This document shows positions 31,126-39,936 of a DNA stretch of 64,000 nt, in pieces; the first letter of the stretch is position 1; every line of letters begins with the position of its first letter. The notes under the pieces were generated by a model. It was not told the origin of the DNA. It searched no databases and saw only the letters and a list, made by a program, of their open reading frames with translations. Where the stretch lies: the NCBI GenBank assembly GCA_963700145.1, contig OY969474.1:1856001-1920000 (forward strand), in the 5' to 3' direction. The position numbers and the translations under genes were made by a program. This DNA is from an uncultured Acidobacteriota bacterium (lineage in GTDB: Bacteria; Acidobacteriota; Thermoanaerobaculia; Multivoradales; UBA5704).

Positions 31126-32177
31126 ACCGTCACCCTCTGCCAGGCGCGCGCCAGCGTCCGCCCCAGCTCGCGCGGCGGCAGCGCCAGCTCGGCGGCGCCG
31201 CGCTCCAGCGCCACCCGCGGCATGCCGAAGACGACGGCGCTCGCCTCGTCCTGCGCCATGGTCAGCCCGCCGGCCTGCCGCAGCGCCAGCAGGCCCTCCG
31301 CCCCGTCCTGCCCCATGCCGGTCAGCAGCACCCCGGCCGCCTGCCGGGGGCAGCTCGCGGCGCAGGAGAGGAAGAGCTCGTCGATCGACGGCCGGTGGCC
31401 GGCGCGCGGCGGGCGCTGGGCGTCGAGGCGGAGCGCGCCGTCCGGCTCGAGCAGGAGGTGGGCGCCGGCGCGGGCGATCCGCACCGCTCCCGGCCGCGGC
31501 GCCTCGCCGTCCGCCGCCAGCCGCACGTCGGCGCGCAGCTCGCGGGCGAGCCAGTCGGCGAAGCCCAGCTCGAAGCCGGCGGCGATGTGCTGCACGACGA
31601 GGACGCTGACCGGCGGGTCGGGGAGCAGCTCCGCCAGCAGCTCGCGCAGGGCGGCGGGGCCGCCGGTCGAGGCGCCGACCGCGATCCAGCGCAGGTCGTG
31701 GGGGGAGGGCGCGGCGCACGGCGCCGGCGCGCGGCGCTCCCCGGGCTCCGGCGCCGCCGTCGCGGCGCTCCGCGCCGGGACCGCGCCGGCCAGCTCGCGG
31801 ACCATCGCCGGCAGGCCGGCGGCGAGCTGCTCCCAGCCCGCGGGGTCCTCCGGCTTCGGCAGCACCTCCAGGGCGCCGCGGCGGATGGCCTCGAAGCCGG
31901 TCGTCGTCGCGTCGCGGTTGACGAGAGAGGAGAGGACGACGATCGGCGTCGGCCGCCCGGCCATGATCCGCTCGATCGCGGCGTAGCCGTCGACGACGGG
32001 CATCTGCAGGTCCAGGAGGATGACGTCGGGCGCGAGCGCGGCGGCCGCCTCGACCGCCGCGGCGCCGTCCTCGGCCTCGCCGACCACCTCGATGTCCGGG
32101 GCGCGGGAGAGGAAGCGGCGCAGCACCGCCCGCACGGAGAGCGAGTCGTCGACGATCAGCACCCGGACCACGGTCAC
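31122..32177 (-). CDS. cheB: Chemotaxis methylesterase (REC-CheB)
   Basis: RVLIVDDS, LDLQMP; GASTGGP, VVQHI, HRPSIDELF, LTGMGQDG. Confidence 0.92.
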   Translation of the reverse strand: MTVVRVLIVDDSLSVRAVLRRFLSRAPDIEVVGEAEDGAAAVEAAAALAPDVILLDLQMPVVDGYAAIERIMAGRPTPIVVLSSLVNRDATTTGFEAIRRGALEVLPKPEDPAGWEQLAAGLPAMVRELAGAVPARSAATAAPEPGERRAPAPCAAPSPHDLRWIAVGASTGGPAALRELLAELLPDPPVSVLVVQHIAAGFELGFADWLARELRADVRLAADGEAPRPGAVRIARAGAHLLLEPDGALRLDAQRPPRAGHRPSIDELFLSCAASCPRQAAGVLLTGMGQDGAEGLLALRQAGGLTMAQDEASAVVFGMPRVALERGAAELALPPRELGRTLARAWQRVTV

Positions 32178-34237
32178 CGCCCCACCAGCCGGCGCAGCAG
32201 CATGACCAGCTCGCCGGCGTCCAGGCCCTGCTTGGTCAGGTAGGCGTCGGCGCCGGCGCGCAGGCCGCGCAGCCGGTCCTCCGGCTGGTCGCGGGTCGAG
32301 ACCACGACGATCGGCAGCTGCGCCGTGCGGTCGCCGGCGCGTAGGCGCTCGGTCAGCTCGAAGCCGTTCATCCCCGGCATCTCGATGTCCACCACCATGC
32401 CGTCGAAGCTCGCCTCCCCGAGCCGCGCCAGCGCCTCCTCGGCGTCGGGGGCGGCCGTCACCTCGAAGCCGGCGTCCTCGAGCAGGCGCCGCTCCATCTC
32501 CCGGGTGGCCGGCGAGTCCTCGACCAGGAGCACCCGCGTGCGCGCCGCGGCGATCGTCGGGCGCGGCCCGGCCGCAGCCAGGCTGGCCTCGCGGCGGGCC
32601 AGCGCCGTCGGCGAGAGCACCCCGACCGGCTCGCCGGAGGCGAGGAGCGCCACCCCTTCGAGCAACCGGTCGCTCGCGACGGTCGTGGTCACCGGGCGCA
32701 CCATCACCTCCTGCTCCCCTTCGACGTCGTCCACCAGGAGCGCCAGCGGCGCGCCCGACACCGACCCCTCGAGCAGCAGCGGCCGCTCCGGCAGCGGCTG
32801 GCCGTAGCGCTCGGCGAGGGCGGCGTAGGGGACGAGACGCCCGTCCACCGCCGCCAGCCGCCGCCCGTCGCGCTCGACCAGGTCGGCGCGGGCGACCCGC
32901 AGCGCGCGGGCGACCGCCGCCGCCGGCAGCGCCAGCCGGAGCTGCCCCACCCGCACCAGCAGCACGCACGCCGCGCGGCGCGCGACCGGCACCTCCAGGG
33001 TGACCGTCGTCCCCAGGCCCGGCGTCGAGCCGAGCCCGGCCTCGCCGCCGACCCGCGCGGCGACCGCGGCCACCGCGTCCAGCCCGACGCCGCGGCCCGA
33101 GATCTCGGAGACCTCCTGCCGGGTCGAGAAGCCGGGAGCGAAGAGCAGACGGTAGACCTCCTCGCGGCCGAGACCGCCGGCCGCGCCGGCGTCCACCAGC
33201 CCGGCGCGCACCGCCTGCTCGACCGCCCACGCCGGATCGATGCCGGCGCCGTCGTCGGAGATCGCCAGCCGCACCCGCCCCGCTTCGCTGGAGGCCACGA
33301 TCCGGATCTTACCTGCGCGCGGCTTGCCGCGCGCCTGCCGCTTGGCCGGCGGCTCGATGCCGTGGTCCACGGCGTTGCGCACCAGGTGGATGAGCGCCGC
33401 CTCGAGGTCGCGGGCGATGCGGCGGTCGAGGCGGGTGTCCTCCCCGGCGAGCTCCACCTCCACCTCCTTGCCCAGGGTGCCGGCGAGCTCGCGGGCGTGG
33501 CGGGCGAGGGCGCGGAGGGGGGCGCGCAGCGGCTGGAGCTGGACGTTGACCAGGGTGTCGAGCTGCGCCTCGGCGGCGCGGGTGAGGCGGCGCTGCCCGC
33601 CTTCGACCTCGACCGCCATCCGCCGCAGCGTCGTGGCGAGGAGCGCCAGCACCTGCTGCGGCGCCGGCTCGTGGAGCCCCTCCTCGGCCAGGCGCGCCAG
33701 CTCGTAGAGGCGCTCGACGGCGCGGTGGGCGCCGCGGGCCATCAGCCGCACCTGGGCGGCGCGCTCGGCCAGGGCGTCGAGGACCTTGGGCTCCACCCGG
33801 AGGTCGCCGGCGGGGGTGGCCACCGCCGGCGCCGGGTGAGCCGCCGCGGCCGTGGGCGCGGTGCCGGCGCCGTTGCCGGCGGCCGGCTTGCCGGCCGTCC
33901 CGGCGAGCTGCGCCAGGAGGTCGCTTTCGACCGGCGGCTCCTCGCCGCGCGCCACCGCGTCCACCATGCCGCTCAGCCGGTCGGCGGCGCGCGCCAGCAG
34001 CGGCCCCGTCCCACCCGGCGGCCCCTGCAGCGCTCCCTCGACGGCGTGGCAGAGCTCGGCGAAGGGACCGAGCTGGAGCATCCGCGCCGCCCCCTTGAGC
34101 GTGTGCAGCTCGCGCCGCGCCTCGACCGCCGCCTGCGGCTCCCCCGCCAGCCGCGGCAGCAGCCCTCCCAGCCGCTCCAGCCGGTCGCGCGCCTCCTCGA
34201 CGAACAGGGGCAGGAGGTCCGAGAACTCGGGGTTCAT
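32174..34237 (-). CDS. cheA: Hybrid CheA kinase (Hpt-dimerisation-HATPase-CheW-REC)
   Basis: RELHTLKG, HLVRNAVDHGIE, DDGAGID, PGFST, SGRGVGLD; C-terminal REC with VEDS, DIEMP and YLTK. Confidence 0.92.
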   Translation of the reverse strand: MNPEFSDLLPLFVEEARDRLERLGGLLPRLAGEPQAAVEARRELHTLKGAARMLQLGPFAELCHAVEGALQGPPGGTGPLLARAADRLSGMVDAVARGEEPPVESDLLAQLAGTAGKPAAGNGAGTAPTAAAAHPAPAVATPAGDLRVEPKVLDALAERAAQVRLMARGAHRAVERLYELARLAEEGLHEPAPQQVLALLATTLRRMAVEVEGGQRRLTRAAEAQLDTLVNVQLQPLRAPLRALARHARELAGTLGKEVEVELAGEDTRLDRRIARDLEAALIHLVRNAVDHGIEPPAKRQARGKPRAGKIRIVASSEAGRVRLAISDDGAGIDPAWAVEQAVRAGLVDAGAAGGLGREEVYRLLFAPGFSTRQEVSEISGRGVGLDAVAAVAARVGGEAGLGSTPGLGTTVTLEVPVARRAACVLLVRVGQLRLALPAAAVARALRVARADLVERDGRRLAAVDGRLVPYAALAERYGQPLPERPLLLEGSVSGAPLALLVDDVEGEQEVMVRPVTTTVASDRLLEGVALLASGEPVGVLSPTALARREASLAAAGPRPTIAAARTRVLLVEDSPATREMERRLLEDAGFEVTAAPDAEEALARLGEASFDGMVVDIEMPGMNGFELTERLRAGDRTAQLPIVVVSTRDQPEDRLRGLRAGADAYLTKQGLDAGELVMLLRRLVGR

Positions 34238-34244
34238 GGCGGGC

Positions 34245-35888
34245 TCAGATCTTGGTCCAGTTCTCGACGTTGACGTCGAGGCCGAGGACGCCGAGGAGCC
34301 GGCCGCCGCCGTCGTGGAGCGGCGTGGCGGCGGTGAAGATGGGCGCGCCGGTCAGGAGCGAATCGAAGAGCGGGGTGATGATTGTCCGCCCCGCCTCGGT
34401 CGCGGCTCGGTACCAAGGCCGGTCGGTGAACCCCTCGCCGGCGCGCACCGCGGCGGGGACCTCGCGGTCGCCGAGGAGGCGGCGGTTGACGGCCAGCGCC
34501 GTGTGGCCGTCGCGCCCGTCGATGAAGTAGAGGCACTCGACGAACGGCCGCTCCTGCGCCAGCTCCTCGATCAGGCGCTCGAGCGAGGCCCACTGGTGGA
34601 GCGAGCGGGCGACCTCCTGCGCCCAACGCTCGACCGTGTGCTTGAGCGAGTGCGGCGAATCGACGTGGAACGACTGCGCCAGGAGCTGCATCTCGAGCCC
34701 CAGGCGGTTCAGGCGGTCGGCGGTGTGCGAGAACTGGCGCAGGCCGAAGGCGGTCTTCTGCACCACCTGCGAGACCTCGCGCAGCGTCAGCACCACCTCG
34801 TCCGCGGCCGCGGTCTGCTGCTGGGTGGCGAGCGAGATCTCGCGCGCCACCCGCGCGCTGTCGGTGGCCGCCTGGCGCAGCGCCGCGATGGCGCCGGCGG
34901 CGGCACGGGCCTCCTCCAGCACCCGCTCGGCCTCGCGGCTCCCCTCCTCGCCGGCGACGACGGTGGCGTGGATCGACTCGGCCACCTCGCCGAGCAGGCT
35001 GCGCACCGACTCCACCGACTCCTGCGAGCGCTGGGCGAGGCGGCGCACCTCGTCGGCGACTGTCGCGAAGCGGCGCCCGTGGGCGCCGGCGGCCGCCGAC
35101 TCGACGGCGGCGTTGAGCGACAGCAGGTGGGTCTCGTGGGCGATCTCGGTGATCAGGTCGAGGATGCGGTAGATCTCGCGCGAGCGCGCCCCGAGCGCCT
35201 CGGCGCGGCCGGCGGCGCCGCCGATCCGCCGCCGCACCTCCTCGACGCCGGCCACCGCCTCCTCGACCGCCGCCGCCCCCGCCTCGCCGCTCTGCTGCGC
35301 CGCCAGCGCCAGGTCCGCTTGCGCCGCGGCGTTGTCGGCGATCTGCGCGGCGGTGCGCGCCAGCTCCTCCATCGCGGCGGTGATCTCGACGACCGACGCC
35401 GCCTGCTGCGAGGAGCCGGCCGCGAGCTCGGAGGCGACCTGGTGCACGGCGTGCGCCGCTCCCGCCACCTCCAGCGAGCTGGTCTGGATCTGCTGCGCCA
35501 GGAGCACCAGCGACCGGGTCGCCCGCAGGCCGGCCTCGGCGAGCTCCCCCGGCAGCTCCTCGGCGCGGGCGGCGCAGGTCACCAGGTCGCCGGCCTCCAG
35601 CGCCTGGAGCGCCTCGGCGATGCCGCGCTCGACCTCGGCGGCGCGCCGCTCGACCGCCGCCGTCCGCTGCGCCAGGTCGGCCTCCCCGCGATGCACCAGC
35701 GGCAGGTAGAGCCCGGCCGCGGCGAGGGCGAGGAGGAGAAACGCGTCGAAGAACCAGCCCGGCGCGCCCTGGCCCTGCGCGACGAGCAGCAGCGCGAGCC
35801 CGGCGGCGGCGAGGACGGCGAGGAGCGGCCAGCCGGCCGCCGCCTCGTCCTGCCGCGGGCGCGCGACGGCGACGGTGGCGGCGCTCAC
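34245..35888 (-). CDS. Methyl-accepting chemotaxis protein with a C-terminal Cache-like domain
   Basis: Two short-loop TMs; IAHETHLLSLNAAVESAAAG..GRRFA.VADEVRRLA; C-terminal DRPWY...IITPLFDS...FTAATP......GVLGLDV. Confidence 0.9.
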   Translation of the reverse strand: MSAATVAVARPRQDEAAAGWPLLAVLAAAGLALLLVAQGQGAPGWFFDAFLLLALAAAGLYLPLVHRGEADLAQRTAAVERRAAEVERGIAEALQALEAGDLVTCAARAEELPGELAEAGLRATRSLVLLAQQIQTSSLEVAGAAHAVHQVASELAAGSSQQAASVVEITAAMEELARTAAQIADNAAAQADLALAAQQSGEAGAAAVEEAVAGVEEVRRRIGGAAGRAEALGARSREIYRILDLITEIAHETHLLSLNAAVESAAAGAHGRRFATVADEVRRLAQRSQESVESVRSLLGEVAESIHATVVAGEEGSREAERVLEEARAAAGAIAALRQAATDSARVAREISLATQQQTAAADEVVLTLREVSQVVQKTAFGLRQFSHTADRLNRLGLEMQLLAQSFHVDSPHSLKHTVERWAQEVARSLHQWASLERLIEELAQERPFVECLYFIDGRDGHTALAVNRRLLGDREVPAAVRAGEGFTDRPWYRAATEAGRTIITPLFDSLLTGAPIFTAATPLHDGGGRLLGVLGLDVNVENWTKI

Positions 35889-36244
35889 GCCCGGCCTCCG
35901 GCGAGGGCCGCCAGGTCGAAGGGCTCGACGCCGTCGGGGAGCTCGGCCACCACCGCCAGCGCGGCGTCGGCGGCGAGCCCCACGAGCTCCCGCCCCGCAC
36001 CCTCCCCCGCCCAGGCCACCACCGTCACCGGGCAGGGCGCGGCGCCGCCCGGCGGCGCGGCGAGGAGGCGGGCGAGGTCGAGCACTGGCAGCGGCTCGCC
36101 GGCGTACTCGGCGAGGCCGCGCAGCGCCGGGCCGGCGCCGGGCAGCGGGTGGAGCGGCAGCGGCCGGAGCACCCGCCGCACCGCCGCGACCGGCAGGGCG
36201 CAGACCGTGGCGCCGGCGCGCACCAGGAGGTGTCGGCCGCTCAT
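35885..36244 (-). CDS. cheW: CheW adaptor
   Basis: LLVRAG...ALPV..V, LPGAGP.LRGL..Y.GEPLPVLDL, VGLAAD; 119 aa. Confidence 0.8.
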   Translation of the reverse strand: MSGRHLLVRAGATVCALPVAAVRRVLRPLPLHPLPGAGPALRGLAEYAGEPLPVLDLARLLAAPPGGAAPCPVTVVAWAGEGAGRELVGLAADAALAVVAELPDGVEPFDLAALAGGRA

Positions 36245-37923
36245 GCCGTCTGCGTCCAGCTCGTCAGGTTGACGTCCATGCCGAGGACGCCGGTGAAGTC
36301 GCCGCCGGCGCCGTTCATCGGCGTCGCGACCGTGAAGCAGAGCTCGCCGCTCTGCAGCGAGTCGTAGAGGGTGGTGAGGCTGGTCCGCCGCTCGCGCGCC
36401 ACGGCGCGGAACCAGGGGCGCTGCTTCATGTCCACCTGCCGCGCCCCCTCCTCGGAGAGGCGGCGGCGCTCGCCCATCAGCTTCTTGCTGTGGCAGAGGA
36501 CGACCAGCTTGCCGTCGGCGTCGGCGAGGTAGCCCAGCTCGATGAACGGCGTCCCCTGGACCAGCTCGTCGAGGCGCGCCGCGACCTCCTCCCGCCCGGC
36601 GCCGTCGAGGCGGTGCGACCACTGCTCGATCAGGTGCTTGAGCGAGCGCGGCGAGTCGGAGTGGAAGGTCTGGGCCACGAGCTGGATCGAGAGGCCGAGC
36701 TGGCTCAGGCGCACCGCCGTGTCGGCCAGCTCTTGGAGCCCGCCGGTCATCCGCTGCACCACCCGCGTCACCTCGCGCAACGTCGTCACCACCTCGTCGG
36801 AGGCCGCGGTCTGCTGCTGGGTGGCGAGCGAGATCTGACGCGCCGCGTTCGCGGTCTCGCCGGCCGTGCCGCGCAGGGCGCCGATCGCCGCCGCCGCCTC
36901 GCGCGCCCGCTCCAACACCCGCGCCGCCTCCTTCCCGCCTTCCTCGGTGGCGACGATCGTGGCGTGGATCGAGCCGGCGAAGTCGTCGAGCATGGCGCGC
37001 ACCGAATCGACGGACTCCTGCGAGCGGTCGGCGAGCCGCCGCACCTCGTCGGCCACCACCGCGAAGCGGCGCCCCTCCTCGCCGGCGGCGGCGGCCTCGA
37101 TGGCGGCGTTGAGCGACAGCAGGTGGGTCTCCTGCGCGATCTCGGTGATCAGCTCGAGGACGCGGTAGATCTCCTTGGCGCGGCTGCCGAGGGCGTCGGC
37201 GCGCCGCGCCACGGCGTCGATGCGGCGCTGCACCTCCTCGACGCCGCCGACCGCGCCGGCCACCGCCGCGGCGCCGGCCGCGCCGCTGCGCTGCGCGGTC
37301 TCGGCCAGCTCCGCCTGCCGCGCCGCGTTGCCGGCGATCTGGGCGGCGGTGTGGGCCAGCTCCTCGAGGGCGGCGGTGATCTCGACCGCCGAGGCCGCCT
37401 GCTGCGAGGACCCCGCGGCCAGCTCGCCCGAGACCTGGTTGACGCCGTCGGCGGCGGCGGCGACGTGGATCGAGCTGTCCTGGATGCGCTCGGCGAGGGC
37501 GGACAGCGCCCGGCCGGCGGCGGTGAAGCTGCCGGCGATCCCTTCCGGCAGCCGCGCCGAGCGCTCGCCGCCGCGCAGCAGATCCCCGGCGCCGAGGTGG
37601 CCGAAGGCGGCGGCGAGCTCCCCCTGCAGGCGAGCGAGCCGCTCCTCGCCGCGCGCCAGCCGGCCGGCGAGCCGGCGCGAGCGAGCGTCCACCCGCACGC
37701 CGTAGGCGACGAGGACGGCGAGGGCGAGGGCGGTGTAGATCCAGGCCAGTCCTTCCGAGGCGCCTGAGGCGCCGGCCGCTACGCCGGCGCCGCCGGCCGC
37801 CGCCCACAGCAGCGCCGCGCCGGCGGCCGCCAGGCCGGCGAGGAGGAGCCAGCCGAGGAGGTGCCGTCGGGCCGTCCGCATCCAGAAGTTCGCCTTGGGT
37901 CGGGCGAAAGGATAAAGCAGCAC
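36241..37923 (-). CDS. Methyl-accepting chemotaxis protein with a C-terminal Cache-like domain (paralog)
   Basis: IAQETHLLSLNAAIEAAAAGEEGRRFAVVADEVRRLA; C-terminal QRPWF...LTTLYDS...FTVATP......GVLGMDV. Confidence 0.9.
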   Translation of the reverse strand: MLLYPFARPKANFWMRTARRHLLGWLLLAGLAAAGAALLWAAAGGAGVAAGASGASEGLAWIYTALALAVLVAYGVRVDARSRRLAGRLARGEERLARLQGELAAAFGHLGAGDLLRGGERSARLPEGIAGSFTAAGRALSALAERIQDSSIHVAAAADGVNQVSGELAAGSSQQAASAVEITAALEELAHTAAQIAGNAARQAELAETAQRSGAAGAAAVAGAVGGVEEVQRRIDAVARRADALGSRAKEIYRVLELITEIAQETHLLSLNAAIEAAAAGEEGRRFAVVADEVRRLADRSQESVDSVRAMLDDFAGSIHATIVATEEGGKEAARVLERAREAAAAIGALRGTAGETANAARQISLATQQQTAASDEVVTTLREVTRVVQRMTGGLQELADTAVRLSQLGLSIQLVAQTFHSDSPRSLKHLIEQWSHRLDGAGREEVAARLDELVQGTPFIELGYLADADGKLVVLCHSKKLMGERRRLSEEGARQVDMKQRPWFRAVARERRTSLTTLYDSLQSGELCFTVATPMNGAGGDFTGVLGMDVNLTSWTQTA

Positions 37924-37942
37924 ATCCTGAAGGACTTGCCGG

Positions 37943-38491
37943 CTAGTTGGCGTCTGCGGCCGGGCCGAACGCCTTGAGGAGGATCTTCTCGATCACCGTC
38001 CCCACGACGCGTTCGGTGCCGGAGACGACGTTCTTGGGCCGCCCGCTCCCTCGCCCGCTCATGCGCAGCTCGCCTTCGCGGGTGACGAGCCGGACCTCGA
38101 CCCGGGCCTCGGAGCGGCGCTTGCCGCCGAAGCCGTCGCCGCGGTTCGCGAACGGCACGCGGATCTCGAGGACGCCGTCGACTCCGAGCTTCTCCAAGAT
38201 CGCAGGGCGGAGGTCATCGGACAGCTCGGTGGCGCCGCGGGCGAAGAGCTCGTCGCGGATCGCGGACGGTGAGACGACTTCGAAGCCGGGCTTCCGGCCC
38301 GTCAGCTCCTCGGCCGCCGCGTCTTCGACTTGCGTGCAATCGACGCTTTCGTGGCAGGCGACCGCGATCACGGCGACGCGCCTCAGGCCGGCGGTGAAGT
38401 CCGGAGAGGCGGTGACTTCGGCGTCGAAGTCGGCACGGGCCGCCCCGGCGGCGAGCGAGAGGATGGCGGCGGCAAGGAGTGCTCGGCGCAT
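37943..38491 (-). CDS. Secreted hypothetical protein
   Basis: Signal peptide MRRALLAAAILSLAAGAARA; RRVAVI..., EKLGVDGVL. Confidence 0.65.
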   Translation of the reverse strand: MRRALLAAAILSLAAGAARADFDAEVTASPDFTAGLRRVAVIAVACHESVDCTQVEDAAAEELTGRKPGFEVVSPSAIRDELFARGATELSDDLRPAILEKLGVDGVLEIRVPFANRGDGFGGKRRSEARVEVRLVTREGELRMSGRGSGRPKNVVSGTERVVGTVIEKILLKAFGPAADAN

Positions 38492-38508
38492 CGAGAGGTC
38501 TCCCGCGA

Positions 38509-38910
38509 CTAGGCCGTCTGCGGTACCACTTGCGCCGTGCAGTAGGCACACCGCCGCGCCGCGGCGGGGATGCTGCTCAGGCACTCCGGGCATTCCCGGG
38601 TCGGCTGCGGCGGCGGCTCGGACGGCTTGACCCGCGCGAGCAAGCGGCTCATCGGCGCGACGACGAGGAAGTACACGACGGCGAGCGTGACCAGGAAGGT
38701 GAGGACGTCGTTGAGAATGTTGCCCCACAAGAACGGCCCGGTGCGGATGGCGGAGAAGTCGGCGAACCCTCCGGCCGAGGCGATCAGCGGGGTGATGAAG
38801 TTCTTCACCACCGAACCGACGACGGCCCCGAAGGCCGCGCCGATCACGACGGCGACCGCGAGGTCGACCACGTTGCCGCGCAGGACGAAGTCTCGAAACC
38901 CCTTGAACAT
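38509..38910 (-). CDS. mscL: Large-conductance mechanosensitive channel with a C-terminal zinc ribbon
   Basis: FRDFVLRGNVVDLAVAVVIGAAFG; tail CPECLS.IP..A.RCAYC; AGGAGG RBS. Confidence 0.93.
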   Translation of the reverse strand: MFKGFRDFVLRGNVVDLAVAVVIGAAFGAVVGSVVKNFITPLIASAGGFADFSAIRTGPFLWGNILNDVLTFLVTLAVVYFLVVAPMSRLLARVKPSEPPPQPTRECPECLSSIPAAARRCAYCTAQVVPQTA

Positions 38911-38982
38911 CGTGAAGCCCTCCTTTCAGTGACAGCCGCGTCCCTACAATATCCGCACCCCCTCATTCGTCTACAACCGCAG

Positions 38983-39567
38983 ATGACGGACGCGGCGAGG
39001 CTGGAGCGGATGCCACTCGAACAGGACCAGCGGATCTCCCAAGTGGTCCAGCGGGAGCAGTCGCGGCTGCGGAGCTTCATCCGCCGGCGCGTGCCCGACC
39101 CGCGCGACGCCGAGGACATCCTGCAGGAGGTCTTCTACGAGCTGGTGGAAGCCAACCGCCTGCTGATGCCGATCGAGCACGTCACCGGCTGGCTGTTCCG
39201 GGTGGCGCGCAACCGCATCACCGACCTCTTCCGCAAGCGGACGCCGGAGAGCTTCGGCGACCTCGCCGTCGTCGACGAGGACGATGAGCTGCTGCGGCTG
39301 GAAGACCTCTTGCCGTCGCCCGATGCCGGACCGGATGCGCTGTACGCCCGCACCGTGCTCCTCGCCGAGCTCGAGGCGGCGGTCGACGAGCTACCGGCGG
39401 AGCAGCGCGAGGTGTTCGTCGCGCACGAGCTCGAAGGGCGCAGCTTCAAGGCGCTAGCCGTCGAGACCGGCGTCGGCGTGAACACCCTGCTCTCCCGCAA
39501 ACGCTACGCGGTGCTCCATCTGCGCGAGCGCTTGCAAAGCATCTACGACGACTTCACCAACGCGTGA
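38983..39567 (+). CDS. ECF RNA polymerase sigma factor
   Basis: DAEDILQEVF, WLFRVARNRITD, LPAEQREVF..HELEG.SF, NTLLSRKRYA. Confidence 0.92.
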   Translation: MTDAARLERMPLEQDQRISQVVQREQSRLRSFIRRRVPDPRDAEDILQEVFYELVEANRLLMPIEHVTGWLFRVARNRITDLFRKRTPESFGDLAVVDEDDELLRLEDLLPSPDAGPDALYARTVLLAELEAAVDELPAEQREVFVAHELEGRSFKALAVETGVGVNTLLSRKRYAVLHLRERLQSIYDDFTNA

Positions 39568-39577
39568 GGAGCCGAAC

Positions 39578-39925
39578 ATGAGATCGAAAGCGAAGAAAAT
39601 GATCCTGATCGCGCCGCTGGCGATCCTGGGAATGCTGCTGTTCATCGCCATCGGCGGCGTCATCGTGCTGCAACTGTGGAACTGGCTGGTGCCACCGCTC
39701 TTCGGCGGGCCTCAGGTCACGTTCTGGCAAGCGATCGGGCTGCTGGCCCTGTGCCGGATCCTCTTCGGCGGCTTCCGGATGCACGGCTCCGGTCGCGCCG
39801 ATTTCCGCCGGCGCCGGGCCGAGCGCTGGGAGCGCATGACGCCCGAGGAGCGGGAACGGTTCCGCCAAGGCATCGGCGGGCGCTGCGGCTTCGGCCCATC
39901 CGGCGGCGAGAGCGAAGGGCCATGA
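39578..39925 (+). CDS. Small membrane protein co-transcribed with the ECF sigma factor
   Basis: LWNWLVPPLFG...TFWQA.GLL.L.RILFGG; RWERMTPEERERFR tail. Confidence 0.8.
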   Translation: MRSKAKKMILIAPLAILGMLLFIAIGGVIVLQLWNWLVPPLFGGPQVTFWQAIGLLALCRILFGGFRMHGSGRADFRRRRAERWERMTPEERERFRQGIGGRCGFGPSGGESEGP

Positions 39926-39936
39926 AGCCTCGACGC

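Noticed and set aside
38509-38910. MscL with a zinc-ribbon tail
   Set aside because: A known variant in many bacteria.
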